Below, piece by piece: positions 49,376 through 63,250 of a DNA stretch of 64,000 bases. The stretch is from Moniliella sp. 'wahieum' (Eukaryota). A program made the position numbers and the translations under genes. Under the pieces are notes generated by a model. The model had not been told where the DNA came from and searched no databases. It was given only the letters and a program-made list of their open reading frames with translations. Where the stretch lies: positions 682,001-746,000 of the forward strand of contig RSEE01000012.1 in NCBI GenBank assembly GCA_003971905.1, written 5' to 3'. The number at the start of each line of letters is the position of its first letter. The first letter of the stretch is position 1.

Positions 49376-52300
49376 ATGGCCCACGCGCACCCGCCGCCGG
49401 GCCCCGCCCTCCGTCACGACCTTGCTCCCCCCTCGCCCTCTCCGTCGTCCTCGTCCTCTTCCCCTGACGCTTCCCTCCCGCCCCCCAACAACAGCGTCCA
49501 CCCCGACGCGTCCATGTCTCTTACTCCCAGCCAGGCACAAGCGCTCCAGCAACTTTGGTCCCGCCTCCTGGCCCTCTTTTCCCAGAATCCTGACGTGTCT
49601 GCCGCTGTCTTGGCCGCTGGTGGCGTTGGTGCCGTCCCCGTCCATGCCGCTTCCGCTGAAAGGGAGGCCATGGCCCAAAGTCAGCTCTCGCGTACCGAAG
49701 ACACCACCGTCCAGCTCCGAGCTGAAACGTCCCTGCAAGCCGAGCAGTCTGCTCCATCTATCTTTCTTGCCCGCTATGGTGGACCCTTGCTGCGTACTGC
49801 TTTTTGGCAGTATGTCCAAACCGACTATCCCGATGTTGTCTTGTGCGCTTCCTCCGCGCACGAGAATTCCATGTCGATCGATCGCTGGGACTGTAAGTAT
49901 AACGACGATTTGGTGATACCCCACCTGATATAAGACGCGACCCCTGCTGATTTTCCCCACATTGCTACATTTGGTTTTCTTGGTGACTAATTCTCTCTCT
50001 TTTCTTACCTTCCACAGCCTGTGCGAAGCCCTCTCGTATTGGTACGAGCTCGATGTACACTCCCTTTTGCTCAACGGAGAGGCCGCTTTGCAGACTGCCC
50101 CTGGCGCCCTTGCGCTCTGGCGTCACCAACTTGGTATTGTTGTGACCGTCGCCAAAGATGGCTCTCCCGTGATGATGGTACAGGTGGGCAAGCATTCGGC
50201 CACAGCTCAATCGACTGAAACGATGCACCGTCACATGCTGCTCAGTCTCTTGTCTGCTTGCGCCTGTGCTGGTGCAGCTCCCTTCGCTCCAGACATGGCC
50301 AACTCTTCCAATAATGGCAACGGAAGGGTGTCGATTCTCTTTAGTCTGGTGAACTTTTCCATCAAATCAATGGACTGGCAGGCGGTCCTTTTTGCCGTCC
50401 GGTACATGGCAGTGTTATTCCCCGAGCGCATTGAACACGTCTGGATCCACGCTTCTCCGTGGGTATTTCGCAGCGTGTGGCAAATGCTGCAACCCATGAT
50501 TCAGCCCATCCTCGCCAAGATCCGCTTTACCTCCTCTCTCGCTGAGCTGGCTCCCTTCCTTGCTTTCCCCCGGAACTCGTCCTCCCTTCCTCCCTTGGGG
50601 GGCAAGCTCACAAGATAGTCTATCCCCCGCCCGCTCCACGCGAAACAGCACCTACCCTCCGTGCTGACATTCGCCAATTAATGGAAACCGAACGCGACAA
50701 GTTGGTTCAACAGTTTGAAGCGATCACTGTCTCCTGGTCCGCCCACGGAAGCGATTCGACTTTAAATCAAGTTCCAGAACAAGCGCGCTCAAGTTTGCTC
50801 CACACAGATCGGTTTTACAAGTTCAATTGCGTCTCAAGGCACTCCAAGCGCAGCCATATGAACGTGCACCTAACTTGTACCACCGACTTGGAATTCTGTA
50901 CGAAGATGGGAGCGCTACGTTTGCCCCTCCCCCTGGTACCAGTCTGGAGCCAGTCTTGATTGGGACCTCTCATTCTATCCCGGCTCTCATCTCGTGGCTT
51001 GCCCAAAACGGAGGAGACCTGATGACACAGTCCTACTCATCACGGCTCGGCGCCTGTGGCATCGATCGCCCCCCCGACTTGATCCCCGCTTATGTCTCGC
51101 AAACTGGGCAGTCTTTCATACGGCCAACGCGATCGTCTGTTTCCCCCAATTCGTCTACCTTGGCCGCGTCCGCCAATGCCCGCCACTCTACCCAGTACCT
51201 CAGTTCTCCTCAATCTGCCACCGTTTTGTCCAAAAACGGCCGTCGAGCAAGCACAGCGATTTCTTCGAGCTCCCGATCCAGCTCTATCATCTCCCCTCCT
51301 CCGACCAGCAAACTACCTGCTCTTCCACCTGGAGCCGCTGGGTCCATTGCATCTTCCTCGCAATCGCCCCGCCGCTCCGTCTCGCATTCCGGCCGCTCAA
51401 CCGAACCTGCCACAGCATCAACCTTCACGGGCTCAGCGTCCACTCCTCTCCACCGCCCATGATGGCATCATCGACCATGCTGTCGGTGGCGACCCTGTCA
51501 ACGGATCGAACCAGCGCTGTGGGGCCGAGCCACAGTGCTACCTCCCCAGAAGGGTCTGTTTCCGGATGTGGATCGGGCTCAGGATCCGGGTGGGGACCAC
51601 GACGGACATGGCGGACCATCTATCGGGTTTGGATCTTGATAGGGATGACGACGATGGGTTGTCGGATACGTCGGGTGGCTCTGAGGCACATGCTGCTTCG
51701 ATTTGGCCCGACTACATCCGCAACGCAAGTTGTCCAAGGCAGATGTGCAACAAAGTGAAGCAGAGGTGAGGGAGGATGTGCGGAAGGCGCATCAGATCAT
51801 GGACCTCTTTTTGAATTCGAAAATGGTCGAGGCGAAGCCCTGGCTCGGCCAACAGCCGGGACGCGATGTACATGGCCATTGCCATGGCGCTCATCAATGC
51901 TGTCAAGGCCATCATGACATTTGAACAAGCTCACCTTCAGACCGGGGTGCTGTGTGCCCAGCATGCGGGGAAGATCGCCAAACTGCTGCGGAAGAAACGG
52001 TCCAAAATCCATGTGCCAGGACGATCGGATACCAGCTTCTTAGCGTCCATGAATTATGTTCAGCAGCAAGCCGAGCTCATCTACGCCGAATCGTGCTTGA
52101 TTGTGTCGGTTGTGGGAATCTTCATGTCACGCGATGCAACTAAGCTGGCCCGGCACGTGATGAACCTGCGGAAGGCCTACCTTATTATTCGTCAACTCGA
52201 GGCGTTTTGCCGGCGTCAGGACACAGCTGCGGCCAAGGCGCAAGTGCAACAGTCTCGATACAAACGCGGCAAGAAGCCGCAGGACTTTGCTGTCGATGTG

Positions 52301-53703
52301 GACCTACGCTGCGGAATGCAGCTCTCCTATGGTCTTTGCACCCTTGTTCTCTCCCTCTTGCCCGCTCGCAGGAAAAGTACTGGGAAGAATCGGGTATTCA
52401 ACGGATCGCGAGCGCGCGATTGCCGTTCTAAGCCAGGCTGGAGGCTGGAACGCCACGTCGACGAACCCTGGGATTGAGATTGAGCAGAGGGGCTACGTCG
52501 GCCTCTGTGTGACATCACCATATTGACTACGCCTGTTTGTCAGTTCTTATGTGGCCACCCCGGGAGTCGATCTCGAGTTGGCGGATAAGGTTTTGCAGTT
52601 CAATCTGCAGCGTTTCCCCAAAGGCTTCTTCTACCACTTTTTCCAAGGACGCATGCTCTCCCTGTGGCCCTGCCGGAACGTGCTATGGAGTCATACCGTA
52701 ACGCGATTACGTGCCAACGCCAGTATCGCGAGTTAAGTCACCTCGTCTATTGGGACTTGGCCTTATCATACCTTACCCTGGGCGACCACGAGCGAGCGTT
52801 TGAGTGTTTCGACGCGCTTTCACGCCAATCGTCGTTCAGCAAGTCTTTATTCCAATATTCCAAGGCCTTGTCTCTTTACTCGGCCCAGAACCAGACGGCG
52901 ACGGGGCAAGAAGATGTGGTGATGATCCAACGTGCCAAGACGATTATGGCAACTGTGCCATGTTGTGCCAGCGAGTGGCAGGACAATCGATTGGAGCTGA
53001 ACGATTTGCCATCGGACGCGCTCAGAAATTTATCCGCAATGGCCGTCTCACGTTGCCTGGGCTGGAGTTTGCCTACATTTGGCACACCCTTCCTCACACG
53101 CCTGTCTTTTTGTTGTACGAGGCGGCCGGGGCCATGGTGGCGCGGGATTGCTATGCTCGAGTCGAAAACCGCTTCCCAGTACAACCCCTCAGACGATTCC
53201 GAGTGGCCAGGGGCCTATGCCCTGGCCTACTTCCTTAGAGGCGTCATCCTTCGCTTCACCGCCTTCCCAATTGAGTATACCCTCCCTCGTCTTCCTCCGG
53301 ACAACCAGATGCCGTCCCCCACTCATCTGGCCAACGAGGCCGTTGTTGTTTCCGCAAAGTGTTTTCTGTTGGCTCGCAGTTGCGGGGGGAGGATGTGGGC
53401 ATTCTGTTTTTTGCTCATTACGAGCTGGGCCGACTGTACGCATGCTTGGGTCGCATGGACGAGGCGCAGCACGAGTTGAAGAAAGTTGTATCGGGCAAGG
53501 CACTTGAATTGCAGCGCTCCAGGGCCTTACGGACCGATCGCCCCCCCTTTGGGTTGGAGAAGATGGTGGTCCACCGGTCCCAGATGGCGCTCTCTACCCT
53601 GATTCGCCCACGTTCCACTTCCTCGGCCCCTGACCTGGCGTTGACGCGCTTCAAAAGCCCGAGCACGACCCCACACTACATCCTCCTCCAACCTGAGTGC
53701 TGA
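49376..53703 (+). CDS. Apparent fusion: N-terminal CRAL-TRIO (Sec14/Csr1-like) domain, Ser-rich linker, C-terminal Iml2/TTC39 TPR-like domain
   Basis: Sec14 part: FW..V..DYPDVVL.RFLRAR; ILFSLVNFSIKSMDW; FPERIEHVWIHASPWVFRSVWQML; KIRFT; PYERAPNLYHRLG. Iml2 part: MDLFLNSKM; AVKAIMTFE; AELIYAES; FFQGRM; HLVYWDL; SKSLFQY; GQSIGAERF..RAQKF; LPGLEFAYIW; FAHYELGRLY. Many frameshifts. Confidence 0.7.
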
Positions 53704-54462
53704 GCCATCTTCGTCCGCCCATCCCGCCAGTTCTGTCGGAGCCAGATCGCTCGGTGCCGGACACGCGAGTGCGGCCGGATACTCGACTCCACGTGGCCCT
53801 GGGCAGTCCCCGGGGGAAAGTAAGGGAGCTGGAGAGGTGTTGATCGACGATGGCATACGCTCTGTTCCAGCTTCTCTGTGCTCCATTTGATTTGCCGGTT
53901 GCTCTTTTCGTTATTGGATGTCTTGGATGACCTGTTCCTCCTGTCTTGGCCTCTTTTGCGCACCTTTTTCCATACGATATCCTCTTCTGCTTACACTGGG
54001 CACGTGCACGGGGGCGTAGTGGATGCTTGGAAAAAGAGAGTGTGGTGGCCAGAGGCTATGTATCTGACCAGTGACAGAGACCAATGGGGCATGCTGCCAC
54101 ATGCCACATGTCACAGGGGCACTCGTGGGTGAGATCACTGATCCCCACCGATCACATGATCAGGCAACGGGGTTGGTAGTTGAACGTTGAACGTTGAAAT
54201 GTGGCCGCTGACGCCAAGCCTGCAGCTGGAGCGCTTGGGCTTGGCTGAGCGCTCGGGCCTGGGTGACCATTGCGTGTTCGCCGCCAGCGTCCCCCATCTC
54301 AGCCGTCTGTCCCGCGCCCCACCGCCTGCGTCCCACGCCTGCGACCCGCCCACCCCACCCCCATCGACCACCAACACATTCCGCTTGCCCGCTGCGGCGA
54401 AGGATGGCCTACCGCACCCCCGTCTGAGATCTGCGCCCCACCCTCCCCCATCTCAGCGACCA

Positions 54463-56193
54463 ATGAATCTCTGTTCCCGCCGGACCGTCTCGGCCATCCT
54501 CGTCTGCCTCTCCCTCATTCTCGTCGGCACGTGCATCGTGCTCGGCAGTGTCTGGAGCTTTTTCCATGTCGACCGCCGCGCCGTGATCACTCCCGAGGAG
54601 ATCCAGATGATTGTTGCCTCCTGGGCGTCGGCCGCTGGATCGGCCGCCGCTGTTGCATCCCAGGTTAAGGATGCCTTGCCAAGCGCAATGCGCTCCCCCA
54701 ACCCCCTCCCACGTTCCACGGACACGATCCGTAACACCGTTTTAACCCAGACACTCGGCCTCGAGGACCGCGTTTCGTCTATCAATACTACCGGTGCCCC
54801 CCGTGCCTCGCAACAGCCCGACCCGGCCGTATATGAAGGCCACTTCTCCCCCGGCACGCAGCCGAAAGATGTCCGCCCAGGGGAAAAGATCCCGCGGATT
54901 CTTCATCAAACTTGGAAGACCGACACCTTGCCCGACAAGTGGGCGCCGATTCAAGAAGAGTGTAGAAAAATGCACCCCGACTAGTACGCACCCTCCACCT
55001 GTCCATACCTAGGTCTACCAATTGTACTGACCATAGTCGGATGTTCTTGCACAAGCGACTACATTTTGTGGACCGACAAGAATTCAAGAGCGTTCATCGA
55101 GAAGCACTATAACTGGTTTTTGCCCGTATTTGATGGCTATCCGTATCCGATCCAGCGTGCTGATGCGATTCGCTACTTTGTTCTGCATCACTTTGGCGGT
55201 ATTTACATGGATCTGGACATGGGCTGCCTCAAACCCATGGACCCCCTTCTCCGTTTCGAAGCCGTCTTGCCCGAGACAATCCCAATAGGCGTCTCTAATG
55301 ATCTGATGATGATCACGCCCCAGCACCCGTTCATGGAGCGCCTGCTCAATCATCTGGTTCTCTTCAACCACAACTACATCCTCCACTACCCTACTGTCAT
55401 GTTCTCGACCGGGCCCATGCTCGTAAGTGCCAGCTACTCGTTGTGGGTTGATGCCAATGGGGTCAGTCTACCGTCCGATATGGACCACCCCTCGCGGGGA
55501 TGGTCGGGGGTGCGGGTGCTACCCAAGTCGTTGTATGGAAAAAACCTGCCACCTGAGTTGGCTCGAGAACACGCCTTCTTCAGGCACTTCTATGGCTCCT
55601 CGTGGCATGCCAATGATGCGGGCTTCATCCAGGCCTTGGGCAAAGGTGGCAAGTACCTCTTCTTGGTGACCCTTGTGGGCGTAATTTACGGCCTGCTGCG
55701 TCGTGCACAGGCGGTTCCGTCTTTGTCGTTGGCTCGCATTGCTGGCCCTCCAGTCCGTTTGGCGTACAGCCTGATGCGGGCCGCTGGAATCCGGCCACCG
55801 CGGTCCAACCGTCCATCCGACTTTTCTCGCGATCTGGGCCTCACCCGTCGTACGGCTCACCAAGCCGAGCGGGCGACTCTGTTGGCCGACGAGGACGGGA
55901 CAGCGTTTGCCATGAAGCAACCCAAGAGGGCCACCAGCTTCTCTACCCGGATCAACATGCCACCAGAATCTGGTTTGGATTCCGATCCTCACCCCGTTTT
56001 CCTCCACGATGCAGAAGACCAGGTCGAACCCGTGTCGTTCCACCAGCGCGCGGTTACAGTGGACGTGGCGCGTACCCCTTCCCCCAGCCGGTTTGCTCAG
56101 GCTTTCATGCCGGCCCCAACCCAACGCAACCCCTCGTCGCTGCTCAGTCCGCCACCGTACACGGGGCGCCGTGAGCACGCGCATAGTCCCTAA
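54463..56193 (+). CDS. GT32 glycosyltransferase, mannosylinositol phosphorylceramide synthase (SUR1/CSH1-like)
   Basis: N-terminal TM; KIPRILHQTWKT; YILWTD; YPIQRADAIRYFVLHHFGGIYMDLD (DxD); SNDLM..HPF; FSTGP; HFYGSSWH; second TM. Intron 54984-55055. Confidence 0.92.
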
Positions 56194-57191
56194 CAGATCG
56201 ATCATTCCACTCTTCCTTTCCCCCACAGTGTAGGTTGCAACATGGATAATGAATTTCTTCCCGCCGCACCAGTTCTTATCCTTTGCACCATCTCTTTGAC
56301 GAAGAATTGCGTTTGTTCAGGCATGCGTGCACCAACGCTAATCCTCCCAGCGACCCTCCCCTCCCTTGTCTCTCCCTCTGTCTCCGCTCCGTCCAAATCG
56401 CGGGTGCCCTAAACACCGTGACCGCCATGCCCCTCTCTTTGGTACTATATATTGTCTCCTACGGTTCCATTTTTTGGGGCTGGTACTTGTAAAACACCCG
56501 ACATTTGGAGGGCTGTATATAGGTGCAGGCGAGTGATATAGTGACGAGTCACCTAGTCACCAGTCACCAGATGTGCGAACAGGCTGGGTTGGCAATGATT
56601 AATGACGTTGATACGGTGGTGCCGTGTCTACACGGTTTCTTCGATACAGCGGCGGTTGAGCAGTTTGGGCCCTAGGCTTTCGGGGCCTCCAAAGCGTTAC
56701 GCGTTACACATCAATCAGTCATGCGCGAGTCACGCATCACGGCCAGGCAGCTGCATCATCGATCACTAGCACGGGCGAACTGTGACTCATGTGACCAGTC
56801 CCGCTGCCTCACCTATGCATCGGTACAAACGCCAATCGCTTGTCTGGAAAGCACCAACCTTGGGAAATCGGCCTCAACAACGCCATTGCATCATCGACAT
56901 CATCCTTGGCGCTTCCACAATTCGTCCACCCACATCCTTTGGCTCTCGGTGAGCTTCCGCGTCCCCCTCCACCCCAGCAAGTCGAGGGCTGGCTGGGCAT
57001 CCTCAGATTGACTGACATTGTGCAGCCCTTTGCTCCGCTCCCTTGCCGTTCCCCGCGCTGCGCTCGCCCCCGTCCGTTCACTCTCCACCGGCCCAGATCC
57101 ACCCGCTGCGCCCGACTGGCTCTTTGGTGCCCTTGGCTTCAGCCTGGTCATCGGAAGCAGCTACTGGCTTGCGTCCTCCTTTCCCCACGGA

Positions 57192-57935
57192 ATGCCGAAA
57201 CCTCGCCGCCCCGCCCGCGCCCAAGACCCTGCCGCCCAGCTGGCCAGGACACGTCAGTCCATGCGGCGCTGGACGATCTGGCCGCACAGGGTGCCCTGCC
57301 ATCGCTCTGGGTCTTTGATCTGGACTATACCATCTGGAACTTGTGGTGCGACACGCACATTGACCCCCCTGTTCACCGCCCCAAGGGCGCCTTTGACTTG
57401 ATTGTTGATGCGAGCGGAATGCCGCTCAGCCTGTACCCGGAGGCGGGTGCCATCTTGCTCTGGCTCCACAACCACCCCGACATTCAAGTGGCAGCTGCCA
57501 GTCGAACCTCAGCACCTTCGGTGGCACGACAGATGCTGCAGTGTCTGACTCTGAAGTGCCCTCGCCCTCAGCGCAGGAAGCGACTGATGTGTCTGTCATT
57601 TGTGCGTGCCACTCATCCATCTCCCGCCCCCCCCCCCTAACTTTTACCCATTCAGTCCTGACTAAGTACTGATCTGTCATCTTTTGTGTCCGCCAGCCTT
57701 ATTCAACCACATGGAGATTTACCCGGGCAGTAAGATAACCCATTTCAAGCGTCTCCACGCCCAGACCAACGTACCATACAACGACATGATCTTCTTTGAC
57801 GACGAGTACCGCAACCGAGAGGTGGAACGGACGTTGGGTGCGGAATTCGTGTTGGTGGAGCAAGGGTTGAATCTGGCGGCGGTACGAAGCGGGCTAATGA
57901 GCTGGCGTCGCCGCCACTCTGCCAGCCAGACGTGA
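57192..57935 (+). CDS. MDP1: Magnesium-dependent phosphatase 1 (HAD superfamily)
   Basis: VFDLDYTIW (HAD motif I), LYPE, AASRT (motif II), EIYPGSKITHF (motif III), MIFFDDE.RN (motif IV). Intron about 57556-57697. Confidence 0.9.
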
Positions 57936-58693
57936 CACGGTGGCGCCTGTCGCATGAGGCAGCACAGTGGATGGTAGTGAACGCTGTGGTGTATGCGATC
58001 GGCGGGTTGACTGGCTATCCAGGCACCCATCCACTCCTTCTCCCAGTGCATCTTTCTGATCCTTCGTTGGTGTCAGCACTGCATACAGTATGGGAATTAT
58101 GTTCCCCTTGCCGTATTCCTTTTTTTCCACATTCGCAAAAGGGATAAAGTGCGTTTTGGTAGATGGTTCTTGCCCAAGTGTAGCAGAAAGGCAGACCTTG
58201 GACGGAATAACCGGGAACGAATACCGGCCTCGCAAAGCCAAGCTGCCAAGCTCTTCGAAGAGACTTGTCAAGAACTTGACATTCAGAATGCGATGAAAAG
58301 TGGATGATGTTAGCAGGTGCCAGAAGGGATTGAAAAGCACATTGGGGCCGCAGCCATGGGCGGATATAGCTTGAGGTGGAACGCTCTTATTAGCACGGAG
58401 GTCGGGAGTTGCATTTCCTGTTTGTCTCTACCCTAGTGGTCTAGATCAGAAAAGACTCTACTATCCGTCGTTACGAGCCTTGTCCTGAGGACAACATCTA
58501 TAGCGACAACGACTCACCTGCAACCCATCAAACCCAGAGGGCCCTATCCGCCGTGTGCCAGGACCTTTGCTTCTGGAAGACAGTGCACTTCACCCCAGCC
58601 CACCGCGCTGAACACTCTGCATGGCCAACCGACGCGCTTGTTGCAGTGAGATGGTTCCTTGCCCAAAGAAAAGCTTCTGGCCATTGGCACCTG

Positions 58694-60125
58694 CTACCTC
58701 GAGCGCGCCATGGGCGGTGGTGGTGATGGGCAAATTGGTAGCCGCGACAATGTCGTTATCCTCCTGCGCCTCATCCTCGGCCGCATTGTGGCCGTCCCAT
58801 CCCCCAGACCGTCTTCATCGTCGTCAGCGCCGAACGACACAAACGCTTGCGGCCTTTGAGCACGGATCGAGTTCATTGGTGAGGAGGACCCGGCCAAAGA
58901 GAACCCATCTAGCCCGACCTCTGTTCCGGTGGGAGGCGAAGCGCTTGCGCTCAGACCGGGTCCAGCCGTGTAGGCGGAAAAAGACTGGATTGGCTTACGC
59001 CCCATTGGCCTTGGCGGAGTAGAAACCAACGGGTGGGGATCAGAACGGAAGGACGTGGAGGCCGTGCGCGTCCTGAGGTACTTCTCACTGAGGCGGTGAC
59101 CGGGCACTCGGCGAATGTGTGGCTTGGCCGCTTCAATCGAGGGCGCCATCGCCCAGATGGCAATGTTGCTGTCCGACTCGGCTGAAGGTTGGTAAATGGA
59201 TTCAATGTACAGCTGCTTGGTGCTTTCGTTGCGCAGCAGCAGCTTCTCATGCAACTCCCGAGCCACATCGTCCAGCAGATCTGCCTCTCCGCCTGAGCCA
59301 GCGCCAGTCTGGCCAATCGAGAGCGACCGCAGCCGATCCAAGACTTGGGCGTCGATGTCTTGATGGAGGCGCTCCAAATCCATTGCCTCTCCTGCAGCCG
59401 CAACAATCACATGGCTCAACAGACTGGCCGTAGTGAGAGGAACGCAGGTTCCCCCGGTGATCTGCACAAACCCCGGAAAAAGTCCACAGCGTGCCGATAG
59501 CCAGACAAGGCCGGCTCGCAAGCCACCATCAACAGGCTGATTCCCATCGATGCCATCGTACGGGCCAAGACGAGAGGATCGTTGCCGTCGGGGGAGCCGC
59601 GAGGGAAGCCATCTCCAAACTCACCAATGCATGGGGAGGCGCATCGGTGATGAGCACCGCCAATTTCGTTGCTTCCGGACGCCAGGGAAGCTTACGGTCT
59701 CGGCCAAGGCTGCCGTGACGGCTTCAGGGCCATCTCCGCCTCCGGAGGCATAGAGCGAGTGCAGATGTTCCTTGATTTCGGACACGGAGGGGGTAAAACC
59801 AAAGGTGCGAACGACATAACTATGATCCTGAGGAGGGTGGTCGCGGTAGGCAATGAGAGCCAAGCGCAGTGCACCAGGCATGAAGCTGGTCAGACTGGGT
59901 GATGGTGTCGCAAATGGTCTCGATGTTGCGGGTGGCCTCACGGATGTAGGAGCCCATGCTGCCAGTGGCGTCCATGACGAAGACAAGGTCCAGGGCACGG
60001 GAGGGTGCAGGGGCGGGATCGTCCAGAGTGAAGTCGGCGGCGGTCACACGCGGAGGAGCAGCCGCAGGGGGGCAATACGCCTGCGACGCAGCCGCTCCGA
60101 ACATGCCGTAGACACCGCCAGCCAT
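58694..60125 (-). CDS. von Willebrand factor A domain protein (fungal, vwkA-like vWA, no kinase domain seen)
   Basis: [17 protein letters not shown] (MIDAS DxTxS); [53 protein letters not shown]. Confidence 0.85.
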
Positions 60126-60806
60126 GGTGGGCACGAAAGTGGGCGGCAGCCGATGGTGTCGGTTGGGTGGCTGGTGTCGGTTGGGTGGCTGGTGCAGTTG
60201 ATGCGGCTTTGCAGAGAAGATCATGTCCATGGCTCTCATTTGGCGACATTTCGTCATCGCATCGGTGCTGCAGCGAAGCATCGCAGCCATACGTTCATCG
60301 ATCGGCATCAGCGGTGCCACCCGGCGACCCCGGATCACCGATCGATCGCAGCACGGCCGATGGGACGGACGCCCACACCATCTTCCGCCTGTCTGTCTAT
60401 CCATTCGGTGCTGTGGCTGCTTCGTTGGCGTACTTTGTCTGATCCGCTCTCAAGTCAAATCCAGTCCTGCCAGTCAGCATCCACCCAGCGCCGCCCACAC
60501 CCAGTGCCCATCGTCCATCGCTGCTCTTGCCAACCAGATCCGGCACCCTGCATTTCTTCACCTTCGGCCATTCACCGATTGGCCCTCCCAGCTTCAGTCG
60601 GGACCGCATGGCGCACCATCCAAGGCAAGGTAGTGGACATTGATGGGTACGCTCTACACATCCGCCTCTGAACGGGTGATCATCGTTGGAGCAACGCTTA
60701 ACGAGTGTGTGGCAGCCCATTCGGTCGTGGCGTGTATGCACCCATTGTACGGTCCATATCCTGAACCGCTGCACGATACAAGAAGGGGTAAGCGACATGT
60801 CGACGG

Positions 60807-63082
60807 TCATTCTCCATGCCATTGCAGCCCAATCAAACTATCTTCGCCATTCCTTCCCGAATCATCAGCAAGACAAGCCAGGAGCCAATCAAAAAAGGCC
60901 GTGTCGGTATCAAGACCTAGAGGGAGTTCCTCCGTGCCACCCTGGGCAAGGGGAAAAAACTCCGTGCTGGGCGCTAACGTCGCAGGATAGATGGCCTGGT
61001 ACTCTTCACATACTCCGAACTCAGAAGGCAAGTCCTCGGCAACAACGGAAGATGAAGTTGAATGTGGTATGTGCAAAGGACGAGGGGGCGGATCCTTCGG
61101 GGCGAACAAGCCCATGGCCGCTGGCGCAACAGCGCCAGCTGGGGTTCCAGCGGCGTTTTTTGCAACGATTGCTCTAGTCGTGGCAATAGGAGCTTGACCA
61201 GCATCAACGACTGGTCAGGCACTGTCCATCGTATCTGAGATTGCAGATAATACAGTCGATCTGCCGTGCGCGCCAACGCGGAGACGGGCCATTCAAGGAA
61301 GCCCTTGCCCGCCTCCGTCTGCAGTTGGAGGATGCTTCCCAGTGTATCGAGCGCGTGAGCTCGACAACTGAGCAACTTGAGAGCCAACCCAAAGATGCAG
61401 GAGAGGTGGGCGCTGGTGTAGGAAAGAAAAATCCTGAACACTCTTCTGGAGTGAGAGAATCGAGGAACAAGATGACATCCGCCAAGCATGCTTGCGCGCC
61501 TTGGTCCCACCGTTGTTCTCGTGAGGTAGATTGAGAGGGGCGAAGCAAAATACGGTACAGGCTTACCTGAAGAGCGTAGGAGGATAAGATCAAGTTGGCC
61601 ACGCCTGATTCTCTCAGCCTGGACGCGCCTTGGCCAAACTGGCCGAGGAACCGTTGATGAAGATCCTCCGCTCTTTGCAGAAGCGTGATGAGCGTGCCCT
61701 GTTCCGCCTCCCCCGACAGGTGACGACAGAGATCATGCACCAGGACGGATAACTGGCACAGCGCGACAAAGGTCTGGGTGGATACTTCCGAGCTGCATGC
61801 CAGGGTTGGCATGCTCTGGGCCGGATCCAGGCGGTCGACTTCGTCGCGGGACATGAGCAACGGTCTTCCACCACAGAATGCCATCCAGGCGTCATGGCAA
61901 AACAACATCCAGGACAGACGCGGACCCAAGACCGATTCCTCCCCTTCGGCCTCTGTTCTTGAAGGACTGACGGGGCGAGATTGGGAAAACTGTCCGCCGA
62001 CGTGGCCCAATACGCGAAGCGTAGCCACCGCCCTGGCAAGCTGGACATAGTTGCTGCCGTGACTGTGGCTTGGGCGGGAACTGACACTCAAACAGGTGAG
62101 CTGAACACTTATAATGGAAGGCAAGCGAAATGCTTTGTCCATAAGGTCGAGAACGGGACGCCAGCTGCGATCGTGGGCCTGAATATGAGCATAGGGAAGA
62201 CAGTGGGCTAGGATCGCCGGTAACCAAATCCGGTCTTGCGGGGAAATTCTTGCTTCAAGCTCTTCAGCTTGGACGGCAGAATCCGTTCCGGGAATGGAGA
62301 CAAAGGAAGTGATTGTTTGCGATATGGATGAGAAAATTGGAAGGGCCAGAGCGGTGCGTTCGAAGCTAGACCGCGGTATACGCAAGGTCAGTACCAACCC
62401 AAAAAACTGTTATGATGTTCGGAGACGTCATACTTTTTGTAGAGCTCTGCTCGCTCTGCAGCAGAAAAAGAGCCGATGATCCGATGCAATTCAGAAAGAG
62501 GAAGAACGTAATGCGAAGAGTACAGGTTGCGATGGTAGACAAACAGTGCATTTGGGCGTCCGTGTTGGGCGACCTCTCGCACAGAGACGAAAGGCCGCTC
62601 CTCTCCTTCGTTCGAGTGGTCGTGGGGCTAAGCACCTTGGGCAAGTCGTCAGCCAAAAGCGTTTGACGCAGCTCCTCTCCAGGCCCCGGAGGCAACAACT
62701 CCAGGTGCCTTGCGCCTTCTTCCTCATTCGAGGGATCGCAGCGGCTAAGCACCTCGGGTAAGTCATCGGCCAGAAGCGTGTCGCGCTGCCCCTCACCAGG
62801 CCCCGGAGGCACCAGCTTACGATGCTTGTCACATTGAGGATCGGACATTAAGGACCGTCTGGATTTGTGGCGATTGAACGAGGGTTGGTCAAATGTGCAC
62901 ACCATCCCTTGCGAGAAGCACCACACGCACACATCGTTCTGGGGGGAGGGCCGACACCCCCGCTTGGAGCGGCGGCATTGGTCACAAGGACGGTTCAAGC
63001 GAGAGCGATAGGCCCTTCCCTCGGGAACTTCGGGCGCCGGCCGCTTTCTGCTGGTTCCAGCGTGTGGTGAGCTTGTTGGCAT
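60807..63082 (-). CDS. Zn(II)2Cys6 transcription factor with fungal-TF middle region (Dal81/TamA-like N-terminus)
   Basis: RAYRSRLNRPCDQCRRSKRGCRPSPQNDVCVWCFSQGMVCTF; middle region ALPIFS...WMLFCHDAWMAFCGGRP; FVALCQLS; acidic tail DTDTAFFDWLL. Frameshifts; end approximate. Confidence 0.88.
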
Positions 63083-63250
63083 GCGACAAATCGAGCAGCG
63101 CAACCAGATGGTGTTGGTTAGGGTGTCGTGGCCAAATGATCACTGATCCGACCGGAAGTGCCGCAGGCAACGTTAGATCTTTGCAATTTCAGGTTCTGGC
63201 TCTGAGATCTGAGGTCTGAGGGCTGGGGACCAGATATCTGACACAGCCTC

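Noticed and set aside
56674..56688. Small hairpin AGGCTTTCGGGGCCT resembling a terminator
   Set aside because: Short, no U-tract, and not meaningful in a eukaryotic intergenic region.
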